Positions 1-8,576 of a stretch of DNA of 51,015 bases are shown here, piece by piece. The notes beneath the pieces are model-generated. The model had not been told where the DNA came from. It made no database searches and worked only from the letters and a program-made list of their open reading frames with translations. Made by a program: the position numbers and the translations under genes. Source of the DNA: a virus. Lineage: Duplodnaviria > Heunggongvirae > Uroviricota > Caudoviricetes. Location of the stretch: positions 1-51,015 of the IMG/VR virus record IMGVR_UViG_2721755676_000003. One strand, written 5' to 3'. Every line of letters begins with the position of its first letter. The first letter of the stretch is position 1.

Positions 1-1140
1 CTACACCTTCACTTTCACCCATTCGAGACCGCGATCGTTATGATACTGCGCTGTCATCCTGTCTGATGAGTGACCTAGTAGTTGCCGGGTATTGATGCCT
101 TGCCCCTCATACAGACGCTCCGATAGAGAACGCTGCTCGTGAAAAGTCGGCATTGTTTTCCCATCCTCTACGGAAATGCCAGTACTATCGATCGCGAGTT
201 TGAAGGAGACGCTAAGGCTGTTCTCGCCAACCTGATCGCCTGCTTTCACATTACCGCTTGAGGTCACGTGATGGAGAAGCCAGGGGCTTACGACCCGATC
301 CCTGCATCGCTTGATCACCTGCGCCAGTGTAATATCCAACATCTCGCAGCGTAGCGAGAGCGGTATAGCCAGTTTCGCCCCGGTCTTTTGCTGCTCAACG
401 TGGAGATGACCGTCCCAGACATCAGAGAACTTCATTTTGGCTATATCGCCGCGCCGTTGCCCGGTGACAACTGCCAGAAGCATGGAGTTTTGGACGTAGG
501 GCGCCATATTGGAGGCCGCTTCAAATATCGCCTTCCACATCTCAAGGTTCAGTCGCGAACGACTTACCCGGACAACGACTTTTCTTGTGGCTAGCGCCGG
601 GTTATATCCCGGCTCAACTTCGCCTGCGTGCTGCGCTTCTTTGAACAGGTCAATCCAGACGCTGCGGAGCGTTTGCGCCATTCGTGCTTTGCCTCTGGCT
701 TTATATTCGTCTGTAATGGCTGCCAGCATTTTGGTAGTGACTTCCTGAATGCCAATGTCAGGCATCCTTTCAACCAGTACGTTTGTGCATGTCCTTCTTG
801 ATTTAAGCGTATTAATTTTTATCTCTTTATTGCTGAGCCGCTCCTCCTGAATTTTCAGATACCGTTCAATCCATACGCGCATTCGTATCGATTTCTTGGA
901 ATTAATCTTCTTATGGCTGACCATATCTATCAGGGCAAACGACTGGGCAGCTTCCTGCTGCGCCAGCAGACGATTCAGTTCAGTGGCGGCCAGACTGGCC
1001 GCCTCTTGATCGGTACCAAAACCAATAAACTGACCGGTTAAAGGGTGACGATATTGCCAGTAGGTTTTGCTGTTACGCTTATCCAGCTTGCAATAGAGAT
1101 TTGGTATATTAATCCGGTGATTACGAGGTCTGGCCGCCAT
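1..1140 (-). CDS. int: Phage tyrosine integrase (lambda Int family)
   Basis: 379-aa ORF; C-terminal region (LAVVTGQRRGDI...HEQRSLSERLY...LLGHSSDRMTAQYHNDRG) closely matches recalled lambda Int catalytic motifs (R..H..R..Y); terminal gene reading toward the left window edge. Confidence 0.92.
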   Translation of the reverse strand: MAARPRNHRINIPNLYCKLDKRNSKTYWQYRHPLTGQFIGFGTDQEAASLAATELNRLLAQQEAAQSFALIDMVSHKKINSKKSIRMRVWIERYLKIQEERLSNKEIKINTLKSRRTCTNVLVERMPDIGIQEVTTKMLAAITDEYKARGKARMAQTLRSVWIDLFKEAQHAGEVEPGYNPALATRKVVVRVSRSRLNLEMWKAIFEAASNMAPYVQNSMLLAVVTGQRRGDIAKMKFSDVWDGHLHVEQQKTGAKLAIPLSLRCEMLDITLAQVIKRCRDRVVSPWLLHHVTSSGNVKAGDQVGENSLSVSFKLAIDSTGISVEDGKTMPTFHEQRSLSERLYEGQGINTRQLLGHSSDRMTAQYHNDRGLEWVKVKV

Positions 1141-1378
1141 TAATTACTCTCTCCATAAGCGTCTTCACCGTTTTCGGCATGTGTGGTGGAAGAACCGGCG
1201 ATGCGAGTAAACCAATGAATTTGGCCTCTTCATCGATAACCCACCGTCGACCTTGTTTCAGCGCCCTAGGCATTGTTTGTCCTGTTTTTGCAATCCTGTG
1301 CAGTGCCGCTCTGGATGGTGGTTGCTTAAAGCCGTTTGGACCGGAAGCCCAATCCTCCAGGCTAACGAGCTGTCCCAT
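1121..1378 (-). CDS. xis: Excisionase-like small DNA-binding protein
   Basis: 85-aa ORF whose 3' end overlaps the int start by 20 nt (typical xis-int arrangement); resembles recalled lambda Xis pattern (LSLEDW...GRRWVIDEEAKF). Confidence 0.6.
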   Translation of the reverse strand: MGQLVSLEDWASGPNGFKQPPSRAALHRIAKTGQTMPRALKQGRRWVIDEEAKFIGLLASPVLPPHMPKTVKTLMERVINGGQTS

Positions 1379-1437
1379 GAAAACCTCCAGTTTGATAAAT
1401 ATGAGCTATTAAAGTCAGGTAGGGTGATATTTCAGTT

Positions 1438-1680
1438 TCAGTTTGCCTGGCCGGGCAGGGAACGCAGTCGGCGCATGCCGGTCATTGGTGTGGCCACGTA
1501 GCTTGCCTTGCAGTTGACCACTTCAACCCAGACCTTCACGCCTTCCACTCTCACCGTATAGGTCTCTTTCATCTTGCTGCGCCCATAGTCGCCGTATCTT
1601 TGCTGGTGGGCTGCGAGTGCGATTTCACATGCCTGGCGAGCCAAAGGGGATTGCTTACTGCCTCGATTAATCAGTCGCAT
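1438..1680 (-). CDS. Hypothetical small phage protein (early left operon)
   Basis: 80-aa ORF co-oriented between recT and xis; no recognisable motif. Confidence 0.4.
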   Translation of the reverse strand: MRLINRGSKQSPLARQACEIALAAHQQRYGDYGRSKMKETYTVRVEGVKVWVEVVNCKASYVATPMTGMRRLRSLPGQAN

Positions 1681-1718
1681 TTCTTCTCCTTGAGGGAGGG
1701 TTTCCCCTCCCGATCTCG

Positions 1719-2804
1719 TTAGTCCACGTATTCCGGTTTCATATCCGCCAGGATGATGCTGAACTGACCATGCAGTTCGTCGCCCAGATGGCGTTTCGAC
1801 GATGCAAGAACGCGCTCTACTTCTGCGAACCGCGCAGCTGCATCGGGCTCATCTGAAGGTGGCAAGGAATTGATGGCTGCTTCGACTTTGTTCCGTGCAT
1901 CAACCAGGTAATAACGCTTCACGGCCTTGTTTTTCAGCTCAGTGAACAGGGCAGAACCCAGCGTTGATTTCACGGTTTCAATATCTGCGCGCAGAGCTTT
2001 AGCGCTATCCACATCCTGAGCCGCCTCGATGCGATCACGGAAATCATCAGCAAGTGCATCGATGTTTTGAGCTGATTCCTGAGCCATTTGAGTCGTAGTT
2101 ACGTTGTCACCTGAAATGTCTGCAAGGCTAACGTGCTGCGCCGGTGCGGGGTTTACCTCTCGTTCTTCACGGCGATCATCGAGCTCATCCGGGGTGTAAA
2201 CACCCAGAATTACATCCGGGCAGAACAGTCTCGCCCAGCGTTTGACTGCCAGGTACGCCAGCTGCTGGCGAGGGTCGTCAGCCCAGAGGGTAGAATTTCG
2301 GGTACGGGCCTGAGCCAGCAGCAAATCGAGTTCTCTCGGCTGATCTTCGCCTTTAAGCGTTGCGCGGATAATGATGCCGATCCCGGCTTCGTCAGCCAGG
2401 GTCCAGCCCGGGACGCGGTACTCGCCTTTGTCGCCTTTACGGATATTGAATTTTCCAACGACCTTTTCCCATGGCCCGTACCATTCATATTCAAAGCGGC
2501 TGGCCAGCACGCCGCTTCGTGAAATGACGGCATTAACCAGCTGCGCTTCATACCCGAGCACACCGTTAATCAGGTGCGTTTTCTGCGCCACGGCAAAGGG
2601 ATTCATCTGCCACTGTGCTGCTTGCATCGCTACAGCCATGCAGTCGGCCTGGTTGCCCTGCAGGTGTTTAGGAACGGTCGCGGTGCCTTGCGCCATGATC
2701 TGCGCAAATGTGCTGATGGCGTTCAGATACTGGGAATCGAACAGAGCCACGTTGGAGTTAATAACGGTGTTCTGGTCAGCAACGGTAACGTTTGTGTTAT
2801 GCAT
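1719..2804 (-). CDS. recT: RecT-family single-strand annealing protein
   Basis: 361-aa ORF immediately downstream of a large RecE-like exonuclease gene on the same strand; N-terminal region resembles RecT/Bet-type annealing proteins; family assignment from recall, not a search. Confidence 0.6.
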   Translation of the reverse strand: MHNTNVTVADQNTVINSNVALFDSQYLNAISTFAQIMAQGTATVPKHLQGNQADCMAVAMQAAQWQMNPFAVAQKTHLINGVLGYEAQLVNAVISRSGVLASRFEYEWYGPWEKVVGKFNIRKGDKGEYRVPGWTLADEAGIGIIIRATLKGEDQPRELDLLLAQARTRNSTLWADDPRQQLAYLAVKRWARLFCPDVILGVYTPDELDDRREEREVNPAPAQHVSLADISGDNVTTTQMAQESAQNIDALADDFRDRIEAAQDVDSAKALRADIETVKSTLGSALFTELKNKAVKRYYLVDARNKVEAAINSLPPSDEPDAAARFAEVERVLASSKRHLGDELHGQFSIILADMKPEYVD

Positions 2805-2813
2805 ATATCCCCC

Positions 2814-5558
2814 TTATGCCTGAGCGCGCAGCGCTTCGAGGCGGCGCAGGTCGAAGTCGTTCAGTTCATCTGTGTAATCGGTAGTGATCGGCGCTGGCCA
2901 TTCGCCCGTATCGAATCCGGTTGCGATGGCGCGCATTGTTTTGCGGTACTCGAGCATGCCCAGTTCCAGCAGTTCTGCGGATGCCTCAATGATGGCAATC
3001 CAGTGGTAGTTCTCGTCTTTGTTGACGAAAATCCAGAAGAACTGGTCCAGCGCCGCGGTCTCGCAATACATAGCCGCGCTGAGGTGATAGTCACGGTCAA
3101 TGATTTCCCGGTGCAGCCTGGCGCGCAGGCTTTCCTGCTTAACGTTCCACATGCTGATGGTTTTCAGGTCAGCACCGATACGCACGCCGTCCAGTTCAAT
3201 CTCGAGGTCAGGGCGTACACGCACTTCTAAACCTGTTTCGTCGTCAAAGCCGAAGTAACTCACTTCAACAGCGCGGCTTGGATGTGTCAGCAGCATGCCA
3301 GCGGTCGGGTGCGCCAGTAGTGCTGACTGAATTGCCCGCGCTGTGGCCAGCTGCTGGCGGGTAACCAGAATCTTTTCGCCAGGGTTGTCGCGCCAGGAAT
3401 CCAGCAGTTCGTCTGCGAACACTGCATCGGGCTTAACTGATTTAACCGCCTGGATCATGTCTGCTTTGCTGCCGGAGACTTTCAGCGGCGTTGGTTTCTG
3501 CGCATCCTGTGCGACCAAATCAGGATTGATGATCGCTAATTGCTCGATTAGCGCATCACGGCTGCCGCTGGTTTTAACCGGCACGGGCAGGGTGGCGTTG
3601 TACTCTTTAATGCATGCCTTCATTGCAGCTGCTGTCTGCTTCTGGCCTTCTTCAATACGCTGGTACTCAGCTGGGAGAGCCATATAGCTTTGAGCCGTTT
3701 CTTCCAGGCTCGCGCCAAGCGGCACTGGAGCGGGAAGGGCTGCGTTATGTTCTTCAAGCAACGCTTTAATCTCGTCAGCGCTCAGCAGTGCCGGCAGGCT
3801 GGCGTTGTACCCGTCGATGAACTCACGCAGAGTAGCGGTGGTAGTGAAAGCTCCCTCCGGGATCTCAGGTTCTACGCTGAACTCTGCTTCGAGGTTTTCC
3901 GGTTGCAGTGCAAGGGCGTGCACCAGATTTCCCATATCCAGCACTTTGGATGCTGTGCGCGGGATGGTTTTAGCCACATGGCGTGCGTTGAAGTACATCA
4001 GGCTGACGCGGGCATCTTTCACCTGGGTTGAGCTGATACCGTTTGCTGCGTGATAAACATCATTCGGCAGACCTTCGTAGCGGCCAGGTTCGAAGTATGC
4101 AGGGAACTCCACTTCTGGGTTCGATTCCTGAACGTCAATTGTTGTTTCCGGCAACTGGTCTGCTTCTACGGAATCTGTCTGCGAATTAGCTGCATCAGTG
4201 CCTTCGCCTGGTTGTACCGGATCAGTATTTTCGACTTTCTCTGGCTGAGTCGTTTCCATCTGCACATCGCTGGTGGTCTCCGCTGTAACCGGTGAACGGT
4301 CATCGTTCTGTGTTTGTTTTTCGTTCATCAGGTTATCGATAGTGAACATGCCATCGCCACGGTTCGTGACCTGCGGCTGCGTTGCTAACGATGCTTTTTC
4401 CGCTTCAATCTGCTCGTTAACTTCACTTTCCCAGCTCACCTCTGGATTGTGCCGCGCTGCAGCCAACGTTTCGGCTGTTGGTTTTCCATGATCGCTTTCA
4501 GTCAGATTGGCACTGATGTATCCGCTGAGGCGCCCCGGGTTTTTGTAATATTCCGGGTGTGCGCTTCTGATAAGCGCGAAGATTGATGCGCGTGAATAGT
4601 CGAGAATGCCAGGGGTATTGCGAAGAGCGGCAGACCACTCCTTGAATGGACTTTCTTTAGCTGCGACGATTTCTTTCGCCCTACGGTAAACATATCCGGG
4701 GATATCGTAGACATTGAAATCATCAGGCAGGGTGGCCAGAGCTATTTCACTGTCGAGTGTATCGAGCGTGTGTGTGTAGCCTGAATTACGATCTGTTTCA
4801 TTTCCGCCACCTGCATTTGTGCCGACGTCAGTACGCTGCACGCTGCTAATTCGGTTTCCGGCAGCCCATTCGCGAACGAGAATGCCGCGATCGATATGCT
4901 CGGTGTTGAACCAGGTCTTAAAGAAATGAATGACAAGAGACAGCTCTGTCCGCTTCCCGTCTAACGGGAAGATAGTCTTCAGAGCCTCAACAACCCTGGC
5001 AATTTCGAATTCAGTCGCTTTTTTGAACGCATCGACGTTCTCTGCAGCGAGCAGCATGTTTTGAACGTAGCTGTTATCGACATCCATCTCGAGCTGTTGA
5101 ATTTCATTCTTCTGCTCAGTGTCGATGTGATAGGCGTACTCGTCAGAAATGAACTGAGCCAGAATGCGCTGACGCAGTGGGAGCTTAGCAACCGTGATCA
5201 GCTCAGGCATCTTTGTGTCTTTGGTATCAGTAATACTGCAAGTCGACTGCTCAGAAGAGTTCTGGTAAGAATCTTCATGCTGTAACTTCTCTTTCCACGT
5301 ACGCTGGTCTTCGTCCAGTTCGTAGCGTTTGCACCAGGTGTAATCCACGGTGCTTTCTTCAGGTAGATCGTTGTAAACAGGGAAATCGGTGCGAACCGGT
5401 TTTGAGTAATCCTTACCGCGGCCGGTTTCAATACCAGCATCTTCCAGCTCGACATCGAGCTGCAGGTTGGCGCGGGCTTCAGATTTCGCAGTGAACCAAA
5501 TCACTGCATCTTCTTTGCCAGATTTCTGCGTAGCCTTAACTACATAGAAAAATTCCAT
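2814..5558 (-). CDS. recE: RecE-like exonuclease VIII (large protein with C-terminal PD-(D/E)xK nuclease domain)
   Basis: 914-aa ORF with acidic low-complexity central region and C-terminal D...ExK-like motif (RPDLEIELDGVRIGADLKT); paired with recT as in Rac-type prophages; RBS AGAGGA upstream of ATG. Confidence 0.6.
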   Translation of the reverse strand: MEFFYVVKATQKSGKEDAVIWFTAKSEARANLQLDVELEDAGIETGRGKDYSKPVRTDFPVYNDLPEESTVDYTWCKRYELDEDQRTWKEKLQHEDSYQNSSEQSTCSITDTKDTKMPELITVAKLPLRQRILAQFISDEYAYHIDTEQKNEIQQLEMDVDNSYVQNMLLAAENVDAFKKATEFEIARVVEALKTIFPLDGKRTELSLVIHFFKTWFNTEHIDRGILVREWAAGNRISSVQRTDVGTNAGGGNETDRNSGYTHTLDTLDSEIALATLPDDFNVYDIPGYVYRRAKEIVAAKESPFKEWSAALRNTPGILDYSRASIFALIRSAHPEYYKNPGRLSGYISANLTESDHGKPTAETLAAARHNPEVSWESEVNEQIEAEKASLATQPQVTNRGDGMFTIDNLMNEKQTQNDDRSPVTAETTSDVQMETTQPEKVENTDPVQPGEGTDAANSQTDSVEADQLPETTIDVQESNPEVEFPAYFEPGRYEGLPNDVYHAANGISSTQVKDARVSLMYFNARHVAKTIPRTASKVLDMGNLVHALALQPENLEAEFSVEPEIPEGAFTTTATLREFIDGYNASLPALLSADEIKALLEEHNAALPAPVPLGASLEETAQSYMALPAEYQRIEEGQKQTAAAMKACIKEYNATLPVPVKTSGSRDALIEQLAIINPDLVAQDAQKPTPLKVSGSKADMIQAVKSVKPDAVFADELLDSWRDNPGEKILVTRQQLATARAIQSALLAHPTAGMLLTHPSRAVEVSYFGFDDETGLEVRVRPDLEIELDGVRIGADLKTISMWNVKQESLRARLHREIIDRDYHLSAAMYCETAALDQFFWIFVNKDENYHWIAIIEASAELLELGMLEYRKTMRAIATGFDTGEWPAPITTDYTDELNDFDLRRLEALRAQA

Positions 5559-5698
5559 GTGAGATCCTCTTTTTTGGATGTAAGATCCCCGGGCCAGAGA
5601 TAGCGCCCATTGGGTGAACTTTGGTTTTTTAAGTAGTTTTCCGGTGTAACTTTGGTCGGGAGCACCGGACGTACGGGCCGCCTTGCGCGGCTTTTACG

Positions 5699-5863
5699 TT
5701 ATGCCTCGTGCGCCATTTGGTCGTACGAAGAACAACGTTCAGAGCAGTATTCTTTTTCTTTGCGCGCCAGCTGTGAGCCGTTGCGATAGAGAAGGATACT
5801 TTTGACTACTTCCTCCGGTTTAACCGGATTGCCGCAGTACCCGCATTTCGTTGAGTTACACAT
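5699..5863 (-). CDS. Small Cys-rich (zinc-ribbon-like) protein, 54 aa
   Basis: Hand-translated ORF MCNSTKCGYCGNPVKPEEVVKSILLYRNGSQLARKEKEYCSERCSSYDQMAHEA, below the ORF-track size cutoff; CxxxxCxxC...CxxxC pattern; sits where Rac-type prophages carry small early genes. Confidence 0.3.
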   Translation of the reverse strand: MCNSTKCGYCGNPVKPEEVVKSILLYRNGSQLARKEKEYCSERCSSYDQMAHEA

Positions 5864-5972
5864 CTGGATTCCCCTTTTGCGCCAGCAGGTAGCACAAGCG
5901 GCGAAGAATCACCTCGAAGAAGTTCAGCTTTACAGCCTGCTGCCGTCCTGGTTTGCGTGCGAAATCAATCAT
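5856..5972 (-). CDS. Small ORF (38 aa), translationally coupled to the Cys-rich ORF
   Basis: Hand-found ORF MIDFARKPGRQQAVKLNFFEVILRRLCYLLAQKGNPDV with RBS GAGGGTGAG 5 nt upstream; stop overlaps the next ATG by 8 nt. Confidence 0.2.
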   Translation of the reverse strand: MIDFARKPGRQQAVKLNFFEVILRRLCYLLAQKGNPDV

Positions 5973-6123
5973 TCTCACCCTCGTTTGCCTTATCGCCGGC
6001 CAGCGGAACGTTTACACCTGATGCGCGTTAATCTCTCCACCTCATCCGACTGTTCGTATGCCGTCGGCGGCTACTTCGTGGGCTCCATGCCTTGGTGGTT
6101 CGTAGTGCGTCTTGGTGATCTTG

Positions 6124-6152
6124 ATTAAATCACTGGTTTATGTTCGTGTCAA
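6124..6152 (-). promoter_or_regulatory. PL-like early leftward sigma70 promoter (-35 TTGACA, 17-nt spacer, -10 TTTAAT)
   Basis: Read on minus strand: TTGACA-cgaacataaaccagtga-TTTAAT; lies just downstream of the cargo-operon terminator and upstream of the small ORFs/recE/recT/xis/int. Confidence 0.4.
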
Positions 6153-6166
6153 TGTGTGGTTGATGT

Positions 6167-6190
6167 TAATTGTAAATCTGAGGTTTATAT
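6167..6190. promoter_or_regulatory. Putative operator (OL-like), motif TAAAT-N4-GGTTTA shared with the repressor/cro intergenic region
   Basis: taaatctgaggttta here versus taaatctgtggttta and taaatatttggttta near 8255-8319; additional ACTGGTTT half-motifs at about 6131 and 6191. Confidence 0.4.
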
Positions 6191-6302
6191 GACTGGTTTT
6201 TGTGACGTGCCTGCCGAATCGCAGGCAAAAAAAATCCCGACACAAAGGTCGAGATCGAAAAGTTTGGAGCGGCGGCTTGGAGGTGGAACAGATGTATGAG
6301 TT

Positions 6303-6328
6303 ATTAAAAACCCGGCACGGAGGCCGGG
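6303..6328 (-). terminator. Rho-independent terminator ending the repressor-downstream cargo operon
   Basis: Minus-strand reading: stem CCCGGC, loop CUCCGU, stem GCCGGG, then UUUUUAAUAA, beginning 5 nt after the stop of the 310-aa ORF. Confidence 0.55.
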
Positions 6329-6332
6329 TCGG

Positions 6333-7265
6333 TTAGTTAAGACTTTTAATCATATAGTTACGTCTAGAGATCTTTAATCTGTCATTATGAATTTCTGTAA
6401 CGCTAGCAACCATTGATACGTGTGAGCCTACTTTAAATCTTGACTGTATTTCACTAAGCATATCAATAGGATATGATGCCTTTATCTTTCCGTCAGCGTT
6501 CACCACTTCGAGTTTGCCATACATAGAGAGCAGTGATAGCTCACCTGTGATAATTTCATTCCACGGTTTGGATATTTCCGTGAAAGCTAACCTTTTTGTG
6601 AGCCTATCAATAGCTTCTTTGTTTAAGGAAACCGAACGCCTACCTTCACTTAACGGTCCGATCCAAGATAATTCTAGTGCTAAGCCATTTCGCTCGCACT
6701 CTTCTACAATGTTTTTAAGGTTATGCGTTGAATTCGACCCAATTTCAGCAAGTTTAGAAATAAATGAATCTTCGTCAGTGGCCTCTAGTACTGAGAAAAT
6801 TTCTTTTACAGCATGGCTAGAAACCGTATCAACCAGTTCACATGCCCCTGTGGAGAACGTTACGGCTAGCTTTGTTGAACCAGGCCTCAAATCAGCCAGT
6901 CTCATATCTAGAGACTGCTTTATCCCTACAGGTACCTTGCGTGAGTCTTTTCCTGATGAAATCCGATGTACGGCTTTTTGAACTAGGCCAGCAAGGTTTC
7001 CAGAAATGACAGAAAGTAATTCCAGAGGCATAGTTCCTGCGTCAACAAGAAAACCTTTGAACCTTAACTCCATGAAATCTTGGAGCGGGTGCTCTATCTC
7101 AGCAGATCTCAGTTCAGCCCTCAAATCGCTTAAATGGGAATCTAAGCTGCGCGCTAAAATTCTGTCGGCAAGAGTCATTTCATGAGCAGGGCCGATTTTG
7201 TTCATACGATCCTGAATGAACGCAATCCTTTGTTTTAATGGTATAAATTTTGGCTCTGTGCTCAT
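6333..7265 (-). CDS. Uncharacterised 310-aa protein, second gene of NTase-led operon
   Basis: 310-aa ORF; start ATG overlaps upstream gene stop (ATGA coupling); no motif I can assign; soluble. Confidence 0.6.
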   Translation of the reverse strand: MSTEPKFIPLKQRIAFIQDRMNKIGPAHEMTLADRILARSLDSHLSDLRAELRSAEIEHPLQDFMELRFKGFLVDAGTMPLELLSVISGNLAGLVQKAVHRISSGKDSRKVPVGIKQSLDMRLADLRPGSTKLAVTFSTGACELVDTVSSHAVKEIFSVLEATDEDSFISKLAEIGSNSTHNLKNIVEECERNGLALELSWIGPLSEGRRSVSLNKEAIDRLTKRLAFTEISKPWNEIITGELSLLSMYGKLEVVNADGKIKASYPIDMLSEIQSRFKVGSHVSMVASVTEIHNDRLKISRRNYMIKSLN

Positions 7266-7735
7266 ACTACAACCCTCGCTAAACCTTTTGGCGTTTCCTC
7301 TCTATCGTATCCAAAGCACCCTCGCCAATACATCCTGTCGTTTGTATAATCAGACTTTGGATCCCCTTTGAAAAGAGGTAAAAGGTCAATATGATAATTT
7401 AACTTTATAAAATCCCTATCCAAGAGACTTTCAACCTGAGGGGCAAACATTATAGGAATGGCATTTATAGCATCAAAATCCATAACAACTAGTATATCGA
7501 CATCATCGGGATCTAGTTTTTCAGTTGTAAATGAGCCGTCTACCCAAATTTCCAGAAAGCAATTAAATTGCTTATTAAGAACGCGCAAGTTGGTAATTAA
7601 CTGTATGAAATTACAGTATAGCATGGATCTACGAGTTGACTTAGGAAAACTATCAACACATATTTTTTTCAACTGGTTGTCATCAATATCATGAAAACCT
7701 GGTGTGAAGAGTGGCGGATAGCATTTCTTAGACAT
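7262..7735 (-). CDS. Small nucleotidyltransferase-fold protein (Pol-beta/minimal NTase signature)
   Basis: 157-aa ORF containing hG[GS]-x9-DxD-hhhh signature (IWVDGSFTTEKLDPDDVDILVVMDFD) typical of minimal nucleotidyltransferases. Confidence 0.5.
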   Translation of the reverse strand: MSKKCYPPLFTPGFHDIDDNQLKKICVDSFPKSTRRSMLYCNFIQLITNLRVLNKQFNCFLEIWVDGSFTTEKLDPDDVDILVVMDFDAINAIPIMFAPQVESLLDRDFIKLNYHIDLLPLFKGDPKSDYTNDRMYWRGCFGYDREETPKGLARVVV

Positions 7736-7860
7736 AAGAAGCGTAATCCCTTACATGTTTTAATTGAGTATGTACCAACGATTTCGGCGATACAGCCGCT
7801 CTATCTAAATCTTTTGATAACTACAAATGTTCTATGCCGCAAAAAGCCTTAAACGAAGCA

Positions 7861-8244
7861 TTAATCTTCTTGAGTACGAATCCGTCCCTTCATGTACTTC
7901 TCATACAGGTCATCTAGTTCTTTCAGACGAATCGCGAAGATGCGGAGCATGTTCTGCTGCTCTTCTTCCGGTAACTGGCGGTAGAGCTCCAGCAAGCGCT
8001 GTTCGTCCGGCTTAAGTCCATCTTTTTCACCAACGTCCTCACCGAGTAACCAGGCGACAGAAATGCCTACAGCGTCGGCTATGGCCAGTGCCGATTTCTT
8101 ACTAATCACGCCTTTTTTGAACCAGCCGTTTACGGCCTGAGGAGTGACTCCAGCTATTCGTGCCAAGTCTGCTTTTGTAACGCCGCGATCAGTGATCTCA
8201 GTAAGGCGCTCTACCAGAACGAGGTTGGGTTCTTCTTTTCTCAT
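7861..8244 (-). CDS. Prophage repressor, HTH (XRE/Cro-CI family, RacR-like, no peptidase domain)
   Basis: HTH segment GVTKADLARIAGVTPQAVNGWFKKG; divergent from cro-like gene across an operator-rich intergenic region; start chosen at MRKEE (alternative ATG at 8274); the ORF-track start at 8346 is implausible because it abuts the cro start. Confidence 0.7.
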   Translation of the reverse strand: MRKEEPNLVLVERLTEITDRGVTKADLARIAGVTPQAVNGWFKKGVISKKSALAIADAVGISVAWLLGEDVGEKDGLKPDEQRLLELYRQLPEEEQQNMLRIFAIRLKELDDLYEKYMKGRIRTQED

Positions 8245-8250
8245 AGGGTC

Positions 8251-8319
8251 ATTGTAAATATTTGGTTTATACATACAATAAATCCAAGATTTGCATGAAA
8301 TATAAATCTGTGGTTTACT
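8251..8319. promoter_or_regulatory. OR-like operator/promoter region (two TAAAT-N4-GGTTTA repeats; PR candidate -35 TTGCAT, -10 TTTACT)
   Basis: Repeats at about 8255-8269 and 8304-8318; the second overlaps the candidate PR spacer/-10 upstream of the cro-like gene RBS AGGAG. Confidence 0.4.
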
Positions 8320-8346
8320 TTTGCTGTTAATAAGCAGGAGAAGCAC

Positions 8347-8574
8347 ATGTCCGCACTCGATAAAGCAATTAAAGCCGCTGGCTCAGCCAGAAAGCTCAGC
8401 ATCGCGCTTGGTGTGACGAGTATGTCTGTAAGTCATTGGAAGAATCGTGACCAAGGGATCGTCCCGCCAAGTTATATATTCCCGATTTTCAAAATGACAG
8501 GCGTAACTCCCCATGAGCTGCGCCCCGATCTCTATCCAAACCCAACAGACGGTTTACCTAAACAGGAGCCCTAA
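8347..8574 (+). CDS. Cro/YdaS-like HTH protein
   Basis: 75-aa ORF, divergent from repressor, strong RBS; HTH-like SARKLSIALGVTSMSVSHW. Confidence 0.6.
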   Translation: MSALDKAIKAAGSARKLSIALGVTSMSVSHWKNRDQGIVPPSYIFPIFKMTGVTPHELRPDLYPNPTDGLPKQEP

Positions 8575-8576
8575 CA

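Noticed and set aside
2574-3230. 218-aa plus-strand ORF, with other plus-strand ORFs at 3343-4491, inside the recE region
   Set aside because: Antisense to a long, well-supported minus-strand gene; no RBS or motif; typical shadow ORFs.
5802-6128. 108-aa plus-strand ORF with TTG start
   Set aside because: Antisense to the small early ORFs and the PL-like promoter region; no RBS; likely spurious.
6209-6237. Hairpin GCCTGC-cgaatc-GCAGGC followed by A8
   Set aside because: A-run follows the stem on the plus strand and a U-run precedes it on the minus strand, so it is not a canonical intrinsic terminator in either direction; could be a binding site, but this is unsupported.
7861-8346. Long 161-aa form of the repressor ORF
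   Set aside because: The N-terminal extension would run through the operator/promoter region and abut the cro start; an internal ATG (8244, or 8274) is more plausible.
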